A program made the translations under genes and the position numbers. Positions 60,860 through 64,000 of a stretch of DNA of 64,000 nt are shown here, piece after piece. Origin of the DNA: Mobula hypostoma (lineage: Eukaryota); contig NC_086097.1 of assembly GCF_963921235.1 (NCBI RefSeq), positions 146,756,001 through 146,820,000 on the forward strand, given 5' to 3'. A model generated the notes under the pieces. That model saw nothing but the letters and a program-made list of their open reading frames with translations. It was not told the DNA's origin and searched no databases. Within the stretch, counting starts at the first letter, position 1; each line of letters opens with the position of its first letter.

Positions 60860-63170
60860 GAAAAGCCTGTTGATTGCGAGGAACTTCCTGTTTGACTCCT
60901 CAATCTCCATTTGCAGTTAGGCTTGTGACAAGTCAATCTTTGAAAACCTCTCCCTGCCTGCTGAAGATGCAAAAATGTCTTCTATTCATGGCAGGGGATA
61001 ATGCCCACTGTACAACACTGGGTTGATGCTCACTTTGAAGTCCCTGCACATACAAACAGATCTGGCCTTCCCTTTCTTGATCACCAGGACAATGGGCATA
61101 GCCCAATCATTCCACTCAAACTTAGAGAAACTGCCAGACGCCTCCAAGCTCTGCAGTTCAGCATCCACTTTAGGTTGTAATGCATAAGCACTGGAGAAGC
61201 TTTATGGACTCTTGGTGTAGCTGCTTCATCAAGTTCAATTCTGGCCTTCGTGCCTTTGAATTTACCGATCCCTTTCTCAAACACCTCCTCATTAGCATCA
61301 AGCAGCTGTAACAGTCTCTGGTTAGTGCGACCATTTGGGCTGCACTTGCCTGTTGATGACACATTGAGATCTTTGATTGTGTGCCAATCTAATTGGATTT
61401 TTCTCAACCGTTCATGTCCGAAAAGTACTGCCCTCCACTTCTCAATACATAAAGCTCTAACTGCTGTATTTGGTCTCCATACATTACACTCACTTTCAAT
61501 ATGCCTTTGGGAGACACTTCTTTGCCAGTGTAGGTCCTGAGCATTACCAATGTATTTTCTAAAGGTATCTTAGAAAACAGTCTGTTGCAGTCAGCTTCTG
61601 AAATTATAGACAAAGCGGACCCTGTATCCAGCTCCATTTTCAGTTTTACACCATACACGTCTATTGTGATCCATATGATTTTGTGATCTGCTTCTGTAGT
61701 ACTATGCAGTTCTAGGCATGATAGTTCACCTTTGTCAGACTCTGTGTTGTTTGATTCTGTTTCACATTTAGTCACTTTATGAAATTATTTAGTTTTGTGT
61801 TTGAAGTTTTTCACTTCGTGTGGTGTTTCTCTTCGGTTGTGCATTTTGTCTGATTTGCATACACTCTCTATATGACATTGTCTGTGACACTTTCTGTAAA
61901 CTTTTTCGTTGAACCAACAGTCATTTGCATCATGGGAGGATTTGCCACATCGATAATATTTTTTAACTTTTTGCACCATTCAGGGACATTTTGTGCGTTT
62001 CATATTCAAAACTCTTTTTCTGTAGTTCTGCTGCACCCTTTGCTGTAGTCTCTCATGATATTGCAATGGTCAATGCCTGTTCTAAGGTTAGGTCACTTTC
62101 TGATAGTAGCCTCTTTTAAGTGCTTTGACTATGCCTGGCACTTACAAACCTGTCACTTAATGCATCGGAAAGTCCATCTCTAAAGTCACAGTACTGGGAA
62201 AGCTTGCATAGTTCTGCAACGTATTCAGCCATGCTTTCATCCTTTGACTGGTTCCTTTTGGAAATCTAAATCTCTCAGCTATTACCAGTGGTTTAGGGCT
62301 CCAAAGATTTTGTAAAATTATAACAATTTCATCAAAAGTCTTGCTTTCTGACTTTTCAGGAGTTACTAATTTGCATAAAAGCCTATATGTTTTAGCACCC
62401 ATTAAGCTAAGAAGCGTGGATACTTTCTTTTCCTCATCCACGTCATTCATGTTATGGTACAGTTCAACCCTCTTGAAATATGATTCCCCGTCCTCATTTT
62501 TTTTTGTGCCATACTCTGCTGGAGCCTCGGCAACCACTTTTTCAAGTGGTTGTCTTGGAGGAAAGATTCTGTGAGTGGTCCCCCACGTCCTTCTCACAGC
62601 GCAGTTTTTTTTTTAACGAGGCTGAGTTGCGAGCTTGACACTCAACCCGGCATGGATGGAAATCGTGTCTGGGGGCGGCCTGACTGGGTTCGAACTCAGG
62701 AACCTTCGCTCTGGAGTCCGGCGCTGATGTCACTGCACCATCATTAGCTCTATCAAGTTCATCAACTTCCCCAATTAAGGCCATTGTCACGTTTGCTAGT
62801 TGTGCATCTCTCACAGTGTACTGTGCACTGTTACTCACAAATGCATTTGTTAATGTCCATGACGGCCTTCTCCATACTGGTGAACTCTTCCTTTTCACTG
62901 TCTTTGTTAACTGTCAGTTCCATTGCTGATATTCGCTGACTTTCAGGTTCATAGTTGTCACCAATTCATTGTGTTTGTACAACTACATATCAATTAAAAT
63001 GAAAGCAGGCACAAAGGAGATGGCCTTAACTGGTGTATCCTTATTGCAGTGAGAGAATGAGAGCAATGTGCATGCGTGGACAGCAGATCAGTACGCATAG
63101 GTAAGTTATCTGTCCATATGTAGCGCTAAGGGGAGTCATTGCTCTGAAAGAAATAGATCCATATATTACA
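60860..63170 (-). mobile_element. Decayed Ty3/Gypsy retrotransposon: probable 5' LTR, PBS, gag, protease, RT start
   Basis: PBS-like TGGTGAC near 62960; gag PKPLVIAERFRF; two decayed CCHC knuckles; protease MELDTGS; RT WAMPIVLVIKK..DFKVSINPVL..YPLP..DLSQA; 3' half absent. Confidence 0.9.
62499..62740 (-). mobile_element. tRNA-head SINE with RTE-related parts inserted in gag
   Basis: TSD TCATT (62494-62498, 62741-62745); removing it restores DRANEDGESYF; A-box TGGTGCAGTG, B-box GAGTTCGAACC. Confidence 0.85.
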
Positions 63171-64000
63171 ACTATTATTATTGCTATTATTATTATCTTC
63201 ACCAAAAGTACCAAGTGGATAATATACAGTACCTCAGTCTCATCTTACCAACCTTTACATAAGACACAGAACAGTTTAGCATATTACAGACACTTCAGTT
63301 GTGCAGATATTGTAACTCACTCCAAAATCAATCTAACCCTCCCCCACTAATTTTTGATATATTAGCGAAGAGTCCCTTAAATGTCCTGGACATATCTGCC
63401 TCAACCACTACCCCTGCAGTATGTTCTATGTCCCACTCTATGAGTAAAATTCTTACCTCTGGCATCCTCCCTGTATGTTGAATGTGAGTTGGAAGGAAAC
63501 ATGCAGATGGTAATATTTCCAGATATTGTTGCTCTTTTCTTTTTTGGCAGAGGTGGGAGGGTTGGGAGATATTGCTGACAAAACCTAATTTTAGGGCAGT
63601 ACATAATTTCAATGACTTCTTTATTTTATTTAAGTCCCATTGCAATAAAGGCTAACGTATCACTTTTGTCCTCTAATTTCTTACCATACTTGTATGCTAA
63701 GTTTCCACTTCATAACTAAACTAAATATCCTGAAAGTGCAATAATTTTCTTGCAGCAGTTGGGGAAGGAAATAAATATTTTCTTGTAATGTAAAAAGGTG
63801 ATGATTTATTTGAAGATTGAAAACTGATTTAAACAGCATTGGTGAAGAGAGAAAAAATTAATCTTTTGCATTAACACTTGACTTCTGTTGCTTAACCTAC
63901 TAAATATTAAGTTCATCGTTCAGAATTCAAAGTCAATGTATTGTCACATACCACATACAACCCTGAGATTCAGTTTCATGTGGGCATACACAGTAAATCA

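Overview
Repeat-dominated, non-genic vertebrate DNA (intergenic or deep intronic). The repeat landscape (abundant CR1, Rex1/Babar, Penelope, V-SINE/HE1-like SINEs) points to a cartilaginous fish, probably a ray; this is inference from repeat families only. I found no convincing host-gene exon, rRNA, true tRNA or CRISPR array; every ORF I can assign is transposon-derived. The window holds CR1 LINEs of several ages (one with an uninterrupted 542-aa RT ORF), Rex1/Babar LINEs, a HERO (R2-like, RLE) element, RTE relics, Penelope fragments with decayed hammerhead motifs, a Buster/Charlie hAT with both ends, a Tc1 derivative, a decayed Gypsy gag-pol, several solo LTRs and SINEs, often nested with visible target-site duplications (TSDs). 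Best observation: a 256-bp non-autonomous RTE-derived retroposon (1399-1654, minus) with an 11-bp TSD whose 5' end lies at the predicted cleavage site of a degenerate twister ribozyme. Also notable: a ~36-nt RTE 5' motif kept by four non-autonomous elements with three different heads, three local inverted duplications (one near-perfect, one with a 5-bp direct flank that may be an unclassified foldback element), and a short templated insertion copied from the neighbouring hAT. Boundaries of old, decayed copies are approximate.
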